A DNA stretch of 63,527 nt, filler included, from Theionarchaea archaeon (lineage in GTDB: Archaea; Methanobacteriota_B; Thermococci; Methanofastidiosales; SZ-28-30), in assembly GCA_018992565.1 (NCBI GenBank). It is 5 parts of 5 records of this genome, joined end to end, with 100 filler letters (N's around TTAATTAATTAA, not from the genome) between each part and the next. Parts side by side here need not be neighbours in the genome. Positions count along the whole stretch, not along the records: positions 24,860 to 49,093 come from JACVGW010000038.1; positions 49,194 to 53,973 come from JACVGW010000130.1; 3 more parts are not named here. One strand, written 5' to 3'. Below, in pieces: positions 40,814-49,240 of the stretch; position 1 is the stretch's first letter, and every line of letters begins with the position of its first letter. The notes beneath the pieces were generated by a model that had not been told where the DNA came from, searched no databases, and saw only the letters and a list, made by a program, of their open reading frames with translations. A program made the translations under genes and the position numbers.

Positions 40814-41575
40814 ATGGAATCACCTGTTGACTCGGCTGTCCAGCTTATCTCTGCTTCAGACCATGCGGTGGCTTTGACTGGGGCAGGAATTTCCACTGAC
40901 TCAGGAATTCCTGATTTTCGTTCCCCTGGAGGACTGTGGAGCACATTTCCTCTCTCCTTTGGAGAGTATCATGCCTTTACAACTCGCCCTGAACAGGTTC
41001 TTGAAATAGGTAGAATTCTGCTGCCTCTGCTCGTGTCTGCTGTCCCCAATGAAGGACACAGAGCTCTCAAAAGGCTAGAAGATCTCAACATCCTGCAGGC
41101 TATCATAACACAGAATGTTGATGGGTTGCATCAGATGGCAGGGTCCAGGAATGTCATTGAGATCCACGGAACCTATAAGACTGCCACCTGTCTCAAATGC
41201 AGACGAGCTTTTACCCTGGCAGAGTTACTTCCTCTCTCCAGCTCTTCACTGGTCTGTCCCAATTGTTCAGGAACGGTAAAACCGGATGTGGTCATGTTTG
41301 GGGAACCTCTCCCTGAGGAAGTCTTCTCGCAGGCAGTTTCCCTGGTGCAAAAAGCAGATCTCATGATCGTGGTGGGATCCAGTCTTGAAGTGGTTCCCGC
41401 TTCTCATCTGGTGATTCTGGCTAATCGTAACAGAATCCCCGTCATCATCATCAACAAGACTGCAACCGCCCTGGACGCTGTAGCAGACATCATCTTGAGA
41501 GAGCGCATTTCTGAATGCCTGCCCCACCTAGCAGCCTCAGTGGGAAAGGAGGTTATATCATGCGAGTCCCAGTAG
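40814..41575 (+). CDS. cobB: NAD-dependent protein deacylase (sirtuin)
   Basis: TGAGISTDSGIPDFR, TQNVDGLH, HG...CLKC...CPNC, KPDVVMFGE, GSSL. Confidence 0.95.
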   Translation: MESPVDSAVQLISASDHAVALTGAGISTDSGIPDFRSPGGLWSTFPLSFGEYHAFTTRPEQVLEIGRILLPLLVSAVPNEGHRALKRLEDLNILQAIITQNVDGLHQMAGSRNVIEIHGTYKTATCLKCRRAFTLAELLPLSSSSLVCPNCSGTVKPDVVMFGEPLPEEVFSQAVSLVQKADLMIVVGSSLEVVPASHLVILANRNRIPVIIINKTATALDAVADIILRERISECLPHLAASVGKEVISCESQ

Positions 41576-42279
41576 GTCAAAAGATAAGAGATCTGGAACT
41601 GACAGAACCCAGAGTGACAATTCTTATTGATGAAGCTGAAAAAGAGAATTTGACCGGATTTGTCCGGGTAACCTACGAGAAAAAAGGTATCAATGATTTC
41701 TACATATTCTTCATCAATGGAACCCTCGTCGGCATATACGGCGAGGAAATGCTGACTGAGAAGGAGGTGTTTGGGAAAGAGGCTCTGGATCATGCTCTGG
41801 CCATCTTCTCGTCTGGACTTGCTGGACTCTATTCTCTGGATGGAGAGGATGTTCAGTCCCTGGGCGAAGAAGAACCCCTGTTGCTGTTGGAGAAGAAAGA
41901 GCTGGGATTCACTGAACTCTTGGAAGCGCAGCTTCGCAACCTCAATGAGGACGGGCAGTTCATGGCATCTCTGGTGGCAGATGTACAGGGGCTCCCTGTA
42001 GCAGCCATGGACTCAGAGTATCAAAATGAACGGATTGCTGCTCTCTCCGCCCTGGTGAGAGATGTATCTCACAGGGCAGAAACACAGCTCGGGTTCAAAA
42101 AGACAGATGAAGTCTCACTGGTGGACGATGACAAGGTGCGGCTGGTGTGTAGATATTTTCAGGTGGGAGACCAAACCTACATACTCTCCTGTGTCGTGCC
42201 TGCTTACCAGCCCTACAGGCGCCTGACGAATACTGCTCTCAGGGAAATTGAAAAGATTATGAAACAGAGGTTTTCCTGA
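41560..42279 (+). CDS. DUF2226-like N-terminal domain fused to a Roadblock/LC7 (MglB-like) domain
   Basis: N-terminal LTGFVRV...FFINGTLVG; C-terminal ASLVADVQGLPVAA...ERIAALSALVRDVSHRAETQLGFKKTDEVSL; SD AGGAGGT before ATG 41560. Confidence 0.75.
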   Translation: MRVPVGQKIRDLELTEPRVTILIDEAEKENLTGFVRVTYEKKGINDFYIFFINGTLVGIYGEEMLTEKEVFGKEALDHALAIFSSGLAGLYSLDGEDVQSLGEEEPLLLLEKKELGFTELLEAQLRNLNEDGQFMASLVADVQGLPVAAMDSEYQNERIAALSALVRDVSHRAETQLGFKKTDEVSLVDDDKVRLVCRYFQVGDQTYILSCVVPAYQPYRRLTNTALREIEKIMKQRFS

Positions 42280-42629
42280 TGCTGAAAGAGGTAGAATTTG
42301 GCTCTGTACAATACAAGAATAGGATATACACCCACGATATCTATGTTCATCCTTCAGGTGCTGTGGAACCTCGAAGGAAAGAGCTATCCAGCCTGGTTCA
42401 TGGGACCAGCCATAAGGTCGTCAAGGCAGAAATGGAAATCTTGCTGCTGGAAGATCCAGATTGCGTCATTATTGGAACAGGATACAGTGGTGCATTGCAC
42501 CTGACAGAAGAAGCAAGAGACTTCCTTAAGCAGAAAGGAGTATTCTACCAGGAGCTATTGACTCCTCAAGCAATTATAGAATTCAACCACAGATATAACT
42601 GTGCAATTCTAGTCCACGTTACCTGCTAG
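42279..42629 (+). CDS. Mth938-like (DUF498) domain protein
   Basis: FGSVQY...YTHDI, SHKV, VIIGTG, TPQAIIEFN, HVTC. Confidence 0.9.
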   Translation: MLKEVEFGSVQYKNRIYTHDIYVHPSGAVEPRRKELSSLVHGTSHKVVKAEMEILLLEDPDCVIIGTGYSGALHLTEEARDFLKQKGVFYQELLTPQAIIEFNHRYNCAILVHVTC

Positions 42630-44654
42630 TTGATCGAGTACTGATCGGGCAATTCCTTCTCCCACTATGCTCTCCAGTTCAGAGAGAGATGCCTTCTTTA
42701 TGTCCTGAAGTGTCTCAAACCCATGGTCATACAAAGAACGCGCTCTGACCCGTCCAATATTCTTGATTCGGACCAGAGGGAGTAATTCTTCTTTGATGCC
42801 GTACTTGAGGCGCACACGCAATTTTCTTATGTCTGCCTGGGGGTGAGAGAAGAGCCTGGCAATCTCGCCAAACGAGTATAAGAGCCAGGTTGCTGCCTCC
42901 CGCATTCTGTACAAGTCGCCGGGTCCCACACTAAAATGAGTACAGATCTCTTTCTCATCCACCTCTTCCACCCACATGGAGAGGAGCGACGCAGTCTTCA
43001 CCTGGGATAAGAATATCTCGTATAATTCAGGTTCTTCCCACGTATCTGGTATGGGGAGGAGAAAAGACTCTTTGTGTTCTTCAGTCAGCAGGTCGTACTC
43101 AGAAAAGTCTCCCCGCCTCAAGTACAATCCAGGCATATCAGGACAGGCAGACACAGCATGCAGTATTCCGATGGGGAGCATATCATTCTGGAGGGCCTGT
43201 CGGAGCACTACTGCAGAAGCAGGGTCAATATACAACTGAGACACTCTCCTCCCAAAAGGTGTGGCTTCAAACCCCTGGACTAGGTTGTGACGTTCCAGGT
43301 AGTCTCTGGCCTGATTGATGGTGTCATACACGTATTCTTCCCCGTTCTGGTGAACGTAGAGCGTCTTTGAGAAGAACTTCCTGAGATCCTCTTCAGACTT
43401 CATGTAATCAGAAGCCATAAGTGCCAGAAGATGGGTTCTCAGTGCAGGCTGGGAGGCCAGTTTGGAGGAGATTCTCTCGGGTTCTGCAAAAATGTATCGT
43501 CCAAACAGCTGGTCCACATCCTCTTGGTTCTTGGCCACTAGGATTGCTTCCCCTTCTGAATCATACCTGGGCCTTCCTGCCCGCCCCATCATCTGCTGGA
43601 TTTCCAGAGTGGGTATGAAGTAGTATCCAAGGTTCTGGTAGAACCGTTTGACATCCCTGACCACAACTCGTCTGGCAGGCAGGTTAATCCCTGCAGCCAG
43701 GGTGGGAGTGGCCACCAGCACCTTTAACTGGTTGGCTTTGAATGCTTCCTCAATAAGCAATCTGTCCTGCCGCTTCAGTCCTGCATGATGAAAACTCACA
43801 CCGCGGAGAGAACATTCCTGCAGTACGGAGCGATAGATAGAATCAGAAAAATGCAATGGTTCACATGTGATCATGTTCTTCAGGCTGCGAGCAATGCGAG
43901 ATGCCACAGCCTGTGTCGACTTCCTTGTGTTGACAAAAAAGAGGACCTGACCTTTTTTCAAGCTGTCCACAGCCAGTGTTACACAGGGATCACCGTGAGA
44001 TATGATCTGCTCAGGACCATCTTCAAAGACAATGATAGCCTCATGAAACACGCCTTTTCTCAAAGGAACGGGGCGCCATTCAGACGTTACCAGTTCTGCA
44101 TCAAGCCATTGAGCAAGATCAGAGGCATTGGAAATAGTGGCAGACAAAGCCAGAATTCGTTTCCCTTTCATTTTTGACAGGATCATCTCCAGAGTAGGAC
44201 CTCTCCCGGGATCATCCAGGAGGTGAACCTCATCTGCTACCACAAGATGAACCTCATCGAAAAATGTCACATCGTGGCGGAGGAGCGAATCGCACTTTTC
44301 CGAGGTGGTAACCACTACATCATACTGTTTGAGATATGTATTGGCAGAATCGTAGTCTCCTGTGGTCAGCGCAACATTGATGCCCAGCTCCTTCATGTCC
44401 TGGTACTTCTCTTCGGCCAGAGCTTTCAGAGGTACTATGTACACTGCTTTTTGGTTCCTCTGCAGAGCCTTAATCACTGCAAGAAGGGCAATAAGCGTCT
44501 TTCCAGAAGCTGTGGGAATTGCCAGCACCATGTTCCTGTCTCCAAGAAGGCCCACATGCACCGCCTGTTCCTGTGGGGGAAAGAGTGTGTCATACCCTGC
44601 ACCCTCCAGCTTCTGAATGTACCTGCTGGGGAGATCGAGCTCTCTCAGACGCAT
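42609..44654 (-). CDS. hel308: Ski2-like DEAD/DEAH helicase Hel308 (Hjm)
   Basis: PTASGKT, DEVH, SAT, FHHAGL, TPTLAAGINLPAR, QMMGRAGRP, IGRVRAR. Confidence 0.94.
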   Translation of the reverse strand: MRLRELDLPSRYIQKLEGAGYDTLFPPQEQAVHVGLLGDRNMVLAIPTASGKTLIALLAVIKALQRNQKAVYIVPLKALAEEKYQDMKELGINVALTTGDYDSANTYLKQYDVVVTTSEKCDSLLRHDVTFFDEVHLVVADEVHLLDDPGRGPTLEMILSKMKGKRILALSATISNASDLAQWLDAELVTSEWRPVPLRKGVFHEAIIVFEDGPEQIISHGDPCVTLAVDSLKKGQVLFFVNTRKSTQAVASRIARSLKNMITCEPLHFSDSIYRSVLQECSLRGVSFHHAGLKRQDRLLIEEAFKANQLKVLVATPTLAAGINLPARRVVVRDVKRFYQNLGYYFIPTLEIQQMMGRAGRPRYDSEGEAILVAKNQEDVDQLFGRYIFAEPERISSKLASQPALRTHLLALMASDYMKSEEDLRKFFSKTLYVHQNGEEYVYDTINQARDYLERHNLVQGFEATPFGRRVSQLYIDPASAVVLRQALQNDMLPIGILHAVSACPDMPGLYLRRGDFSEYDLLTEEHKESFLLPIPDTWEEPELYEIFLSQVKTASLLSMWVEEVDEKEICTHFSVGPGDLYRMREAATWLLYSFGEIARLFSHPQADIRKLRVRLKYGIKEELLPLVRIKNIGRVRARSLYDHGFETLQDIKKASLSELESIVGEGIARSVLDQLAGNVD

Positions 44655-44710
44655 GAACCTTTTTCCCAACTATGCTAATAAAGATGTCTCTCAGAACGGT
44701 ATCCAGATGG

Positions 44711-45094
44711 CTACTTTTTCTCAATCTCATCTGCATGATTCTTAGCATTTCTGGCTCTTCCCGTCTCACCAGTTGCAGTCCACAGAGCAGCTGCCCTCTT
44801 CCAGGCGTCTGCTGCACTGCCCCACAATTCCCTGTTCTCATAGGCCCTGGCTGCCACTTCCCAGTCAAGAGCAGCTTTCATGCGGTCATTTCGTGCTTGC
44901 TCCTCATCTCCTGCAGCTTCTCTGAGCCGGGCTGCTTCCTCCCAGGTTTGTGCAGCATCATCCCAGTGCAAGATACGCTCATACCCACTGGCCTGTTTTT
45001 CCAGCTCCTTGGCACTCTCTTGCGAGGGCTTTTCCTTGCTCAGGCATCCTGCCAGCAGCATTACCACAAGCATTGTGCACAGAGTTTTCCTCAT
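44711..45094 (-). CDS. Putative lipoprotein with Trp/Ala helical repeats
   Basis: MRK...LLAGC lipobox; WDDAAQTWEEAA / WEVAA / WGSAADAWKRAA. Confidence 0.75.
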   Translation of the reverse strand: MRKTLCTMLVVMLLAGCLSKEKPSQESAKELEKQASGYERILHWDDAAQTWEEAARLREAAGDEEQARNDRMKAALDWEVAARAYENRELWGSAADAWKRAAALWTATGETGRARNAKNHADEIEKK

Positions 45095-45157
45095 TTGATT
45101 CCCTCTCCAGGTGGACTTATGGCCTGTGCTGTTGATCCATATCCTCCATCACAGTTC

Positions 45158-45322
45158 TTACCCGCTTTCATGTGGTATCTGATACTCTGAAGATTCAGAA
45201 GTATCCTGGAACTGTCGACAGCAGCAGCAGTAGCAATCTTTCGCTTCCAGTACCTTCCTGTGGGCAACCACGCATGTCTCTACAGGATTCTCCCTCTTGC
45301 AGGACTCTGGTCTTACATTCAT
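45158..45322 (-). CDS. Small Cys-rich ORF (54 aa, CYCCCC), not in the supplied ORF track
   Basis: Manual translation MNVRPESCKRENPVETCVVAHRKVLEAKDCYCCCCRQFQDTSESSEYQIPHESG; ATGA overlap with the iscU stop, AGGAGG upstream. Confidence 0.4.
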   Translation of the reverse strand: MNVRPESCKRENPVETCVVAHRKVLEAKDCYCCCCRQFQDTSESSEYQIPHESG

Positions 45323-45693
45323 GGATGTTTCCTCCTGTAATCTTCAATAGCCAGTCTGAGACAGTCAGCAGCCAACAGGGAACAGTGTATCTTGGGTTCT
45401 GGAACACCACCAAGGTTGTCTGCGATGGCTTCCTTGGTAATGGCTTCTGCATCGTCCAGAGTCATTCCTTTGATCATCTCTGTTAACATACTTCCGCTAG
45501 CAACTGCTGCCGCACATCCGAATGTTGTATACTTGGCATCGATAATTTTTCCATCCTTTACCTGTATATACAGATGCATGATATCTCCACATACGTCACT
45601 GGAGAGCTTACCCACTCCATCTGCTTTCTCAATGACACCTACATTGCGCGGATTTTGAAAGTGATCCATGAGCGTTTCGCTGTACTCTACCAT
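45319..45693 (-). CDS. iscU: Fe-S cluster scaffold IscU/NifU-N
   Basis: DHFQNPRNVG, CGD, FGCAAAVAS, KIHCS. Confidence 0.95.
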   Translation of the reverse strand: MVEYSETLMDHFQNPRNVGVIEKADGVGKLSSDVCGDIMHLYIQVKDGKIIDAKYTTFGCAAAVASGSMLTEMIKGMTLDDAEAITKEAIADNLGGVPEPKIHCSLLAADCLRLAIEDYRRKHP

Positions 45694-45891
45694 ACACTGT
45701 CCTCATACGTGGGGTGCTTTTATTTATTGCGGTTGTATGTGCCACTTCAGCTCAGTGTGAGCCACCTCTCGGCAATCAAGAAGGAGGGCATTGTCATCAT
45801 GAATGCAAACCCTTTTAAAGTCAACCTTATATCACGGTAATATATCATATAGCATATCATATGTACTCAAAATTCGTGTCGAGGTGAATCT

Positions 45892-47166
45892 ATGTGGAAA
45901 TCACTCCTATATCTCCCGCTTTTTTACAAAAATCAGTATCGATCTCCTGATTCCTTCAGACAATTTCAGGAGAAACGGCTGAGGCACATAGTCGCTCACG
46001 CGTACCGGAATGTACCTTTGTACCATAGGAAATTCAGAGAACAGGGGCTCTCTCCTTCTGATGTAACCACACTCCATGACCTGGTCAAAATCCCTATTAC
46101 TACCAAGAAGGAAATAAAGTCAGGATTTCCTCACGACAGCGTGGCTCGAGGTTATTCAGAAAAGACCTGTATTACAGAGACCACATCCGGGACTTCAGGC
46201 AATATGCTCACCGTGCTGTACGACAGGAGAGGCTACGAAATTCTGCGATCAGTGGCCTTCAGAGCCTTTCTGGCTCAGGGACTGCGCCCCTGGCACAAGT
46301 ACTGCATCATGTGCCGGGATCTGAGAGAATTCAACAAAGCTACAGGGAGTGTTCTATACAGGACCAGAGGACTACTGGAAGGAAGACCCGAATCAGAGTT
46401 AGTGAAGGAACTGAGAGGAATCCAGCCTGAAGTCATAGGCGCTCATCCTTCTCTGTTTGTCACTATGGCAAAAATCATGGAAAAGAATGCTGTCACAGAT
46501 ATTACTCCCCGTATGCTTTTCATCGGCGGTGAAATGAGTTATCCTGTGCATAGAGAGTACATAGAGAGGATTTTTGGCTGCTCTACCTTCAACAAGTATG
46601 GGGCGTATGAAGCCAACTCACTCGCCTGGGAATGTAAGTATCATACTATGCATATGGATGCAGATTCTGTCATTATGGAATTTGTGAGAGATGGGGAGCC
46701 AGTATCCCCTGGTGAGCGGGGAGAAGTCCTCATCACCAATCTATGGAATGAAGCTATGCCCTTTCTCCGATACCGCCTGGATGACGTAGGAATACCCTCA
46801 GATGAATCATGTCCTTGCGGAAGGACTCTTCCTGTTCTCGAAGAAATCGAGGGAAAATTGGATGACTTCATCATACTATCTTCCGGCGAATTGATTCCAT
46901 CCACACGGATTATACCCTATCTTTTCGATGCTCCACATATTGACCAGTTCAAAGTACTGCAAGATTCTCCAGACCACATAGAGCTGAGAATCGTCCCTCA
47001 GGAAGGGTTCACCGATGACATGGAAAGAGAATTGGTCGCCTGCATTCAGACTGCACTGGACATGAGGATCACTGTGACTGTACGAAAAGTCCATCATGTC
47101 GACCTCACCGGTCAGGGAAAGTACAAGCGCGTACAGCGCACATTCGAGATAGATTCCTTCATGTAG
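45892..47166 (+). CDS. Phenylacetate-CoA ligase / CapK / F390-synthetase-like adenylate-forming enzyme
   Basis: HAYRNVPLY, TSGTSG, YGAYE, MPFLRYRLDD, CPCGR, GKYK. Confidence 0.88.
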   Translation: MWKSLLYLPLFYKNQYRSPDSFRQFQEKRLRHIVAHAYRNVPLYHRKFREQGLSPSDVTTLHDLVKIPITTKKEIKSGFPHDSVARGYSEKTCITETTSGTSGNMLTVLYDRRGYEILRSVAFRAFLAQGLRPWHKYCIMCRDLREFNKATGSVLYRTRGLLEGRPESELVKELRGIQPEVIGAHPSLFVTMAKIMEKNAVTDITPRMLFIGGEMSYPVHREYIERIFGCSTFNKYGAYEANSLAWECKYHTMHMDADSVIMEFVRDGEPVSPGERGEVLITNLWNEAMPFLRYRLDDVGIPSDESCPCGRTLPVLEEIEGKLDDFIILSSGELIPSTRIIPYLFDAPHIDQFKVLQDSPDHIELRIVPQEGFTDDMERELVACIQTALDMRITVTVRKVHHVDLTGQGKYKRVQRTFEIDSFM

Positions 47167-47178
47167 AGGGTTTGTCAC

Positions 47179-48450
47179 CTACTGCTGGCCCACCAGTGAA
47201 CGCACAGGACGAGGCCTATTGTGCCTTCCTCTGGGCAGTTCCTGGCATTCATTAAGCACTATGTCTACTGGTTCACCAAGGACGGCTCTAAATTCCTCTT
47301 CTATGTTCATTCCCCACTCTCTGGTGAAATGAGCACACGGAACAAAATCAACCTGAATGAGATCTTTCTTCTTCTGTATCACTTGGAACTCCTGTATCTC
47401 ACTTGCCAGCTCGAATAATGGAATCACCAACCGTGGGCTGATCCTCTTTCCACTGGGCAGAACCAGAAAATCATCATCTCTTCCCACCACGAGCTTCATC
47501 AAAGGCAGTCCCCGTCCACAGGAACACGTATCTTCAAGGGGAACTCCCCTGTCATTGAGGCTGTAGCGTATGAATGGCATTGCTTCATTCACCAAGGAGG
47601 TTGCATAAATCTCCCCCTCTTCACCAGGTGCCACTGGTTCTCCCTCTTTCAAGAACTCCAGGAAGACATTATCTGCCGATATATGGTGGTTTCTCTCTGC
47701 ACATTCAAAGGCCAGGCTGACGAATTCAATAGAGCCATATTCCTCGTACAGGGGACAGCCAAAAACGGATTCCATGTATGTCTTGGCACTCTTGGTCAGA
47801 ATTTCGGCTTCTGCTCGAACAAATAATGGATGAATACAGGTTCCCTCTTGTTCCATACGTTTGGCCCATTCTATCATGATTGAAGGATACCCTGTTATGG
47901 CATGCGGGTTGAACTGCCTCACCATGGCAATCTGCTGATCAGCCGGCAGGGTGACTGGTATGAACAGCTTCCTGACAATGCCCAGCCTTTCATATGAGGG
48001 TGTTCCTCCGTGGATAGGCTCATAGCGAACATATCCAAGTTTATGCCATGGGTTGTATCCTAATGCTGCGAAATTCCGATATGTGGCCGCCATTTGAAAT
48101 TCGTAAGCTGAGGGGGAATACACCAAATCGAGTACCTCACCTGTGGAGCCTGACGTGACGGCCCGGTAGCACTGGTCCACTGAGTATTCTCGGGAAACCA
48201 CTCCATGGGGGAAAGCGTTCCTTATTTCTGATTTGGTAACAGTAGGGAACTTAGTGATATCATCTAGCGTCTCAAAATCGGCAGGAGTGAGATGTGCTTC
48301 CCTCAATTTTCTGTGATAAAGTTCTGTGTTTTCATACGCATACCGGAGAATCTTCCTGATTCTCTTTGCCTGCAGATCCCTCAATTCTGCAGTTGATTTC
48401 CACTGATCTCTCAATACCCGTGCTACATAGTATACCTGTCGTGCGAACAT
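47179..48450 (-). CDS. Phenylacetate-CoA ligase / CapK-like adenylate-forming enzyme (paralogue)
   Basis: YAYENTELY, TSGSTG, GYPS, YGSIE, MPFIRY, CSCGR, GRDDD; ATG 48450 after GGTGGTGA. Confidence 0.88.
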   Translation of the reverse strand: MFARQVYYVARVLRDQWKSTAELRDLQAKRIRKILRYAYENTELYHRKLREAHLTPADFETLDDITKFPTVTKSEIRNAFPHGVVSREYSVDQCYRAVTSGSTGEVLDLVYSPSAYEFQMAATYRNFAALGYNPWHKLGYVRYEPIHGGTPSYERLGIVRKLFIPVTLPADQQIAMVRQFNPHAITGYPSIMIEWAKRMEQEGTCIHPLFVRAEAEILTKSAKTYMESVFGCPLYEEYGSIEFVSLAFECAERNHHISADNVFLEFLKEGEPVAPGEEGEIYATSLVNEAMPFIRYSLNDRGVPLEDTCSCGRGLPLMKLVVGRDDDFLVLPSGKRISPRLVIPLFELASEIQEFQVIQKKKDLIQVDFVPCAHFTREWGMNIEEEFRAVLGEPVDIVLNECQELPRGRHNRPRPVRSLVGQQ

Positions 48451-48969
48451 TTTCACCACCCCCTCATAACAGACCTAGTACTTAAAAAGGTAACCATCAC
48501 CAGATTCCTTCACAATACATGGAGAAACTCCCAGGAGTAATCAATTGATGAGAGTTGACACCACTATTCAAGAAGGAAATTGTGACTGCAGAAGGGCAAT
48601 ACAGATTCAGAAACAGCAACGCAGCCTTACTGGATTGCTTCTTTCGTGCTCCACATTCTTTATAGTATCACTACACATATCCGCCCGTATCGCCGTTGGG
48701 GTGCTGCCCTGCTTCAGGTATGTGGCAAAGAGATGCTGGTCGTAGAGGAGTTTCACTTATGCGTTTTCTCCCCCATCAATACTTCGATGGACAAGCTTTT
48801 TTTACAAGAACGTGTCTAAATCCGATAGTCCTCAACCTACTATTAATGATAGCAACAGAAAGCTTATTAAGTAAGTACTGAAAAAGAAAGATGCTTAGAG
48901 GATAGCAGGTCTCAGCGCAATTGGGATCTGCCATTGCATCCTGAGAAAAACAGGAGCAAGATCCGGATT

Positions 48970-49093
48970 AGGAGGAAAGAATATGAAATTAAGGAAGATT
49001 GGAGCTGTATTGGCTGGAGCCGCATTACTTGGAGCCACCCTTGCGGGTGCTGCTGCTCAAGAGGTGCCACCCACTGACTTTTTCGTGGACCCT
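48970..49093 (+). repeat. S-layer 5' repeat copy 2
   Basis: Near-identical to the reverse complement of 25807-25930. Confidence 0.95.
48983..49093 (+). CDS. S-layer protein paralogue, first 37 codons only (contig end)
   Basis: MKLRKIGAVLAGAALLGATLAGAAAQEVPPTDFFVDP; SD AGGAGG; TATA CTTATTAA at 48863-48870. Confidence 0.85.
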
Positions 49094-49193
49094 NNNNNNN
49101 NNNNNNNNNNNNNNNNNNNNNNNNNNNNNNNNNNNNNTTAATTAATTAANNNNNNNNNNNNNNNNNNNNNNNNNNNNNNNNNNNNNNNNNNNN
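49094..49193. other. Artificial contig linker
   Basis: N44-TTAATTAATTAA-N44. Confidence 0.97.
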
Positions 49194-49240
49194 TATTCTG
49201 TTGTGGAGCTCCTTCGCACTCTCAGAGGTGATTCCTGGCT

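Noticed and set aside
40814..44654. Sir2 + helicase as an anti-phage defence system
   Set aside because: The sirtuin is a canonical Zn-binding CobB deacylase and the helicase is housekeeping Hel308 on the opposite strand.
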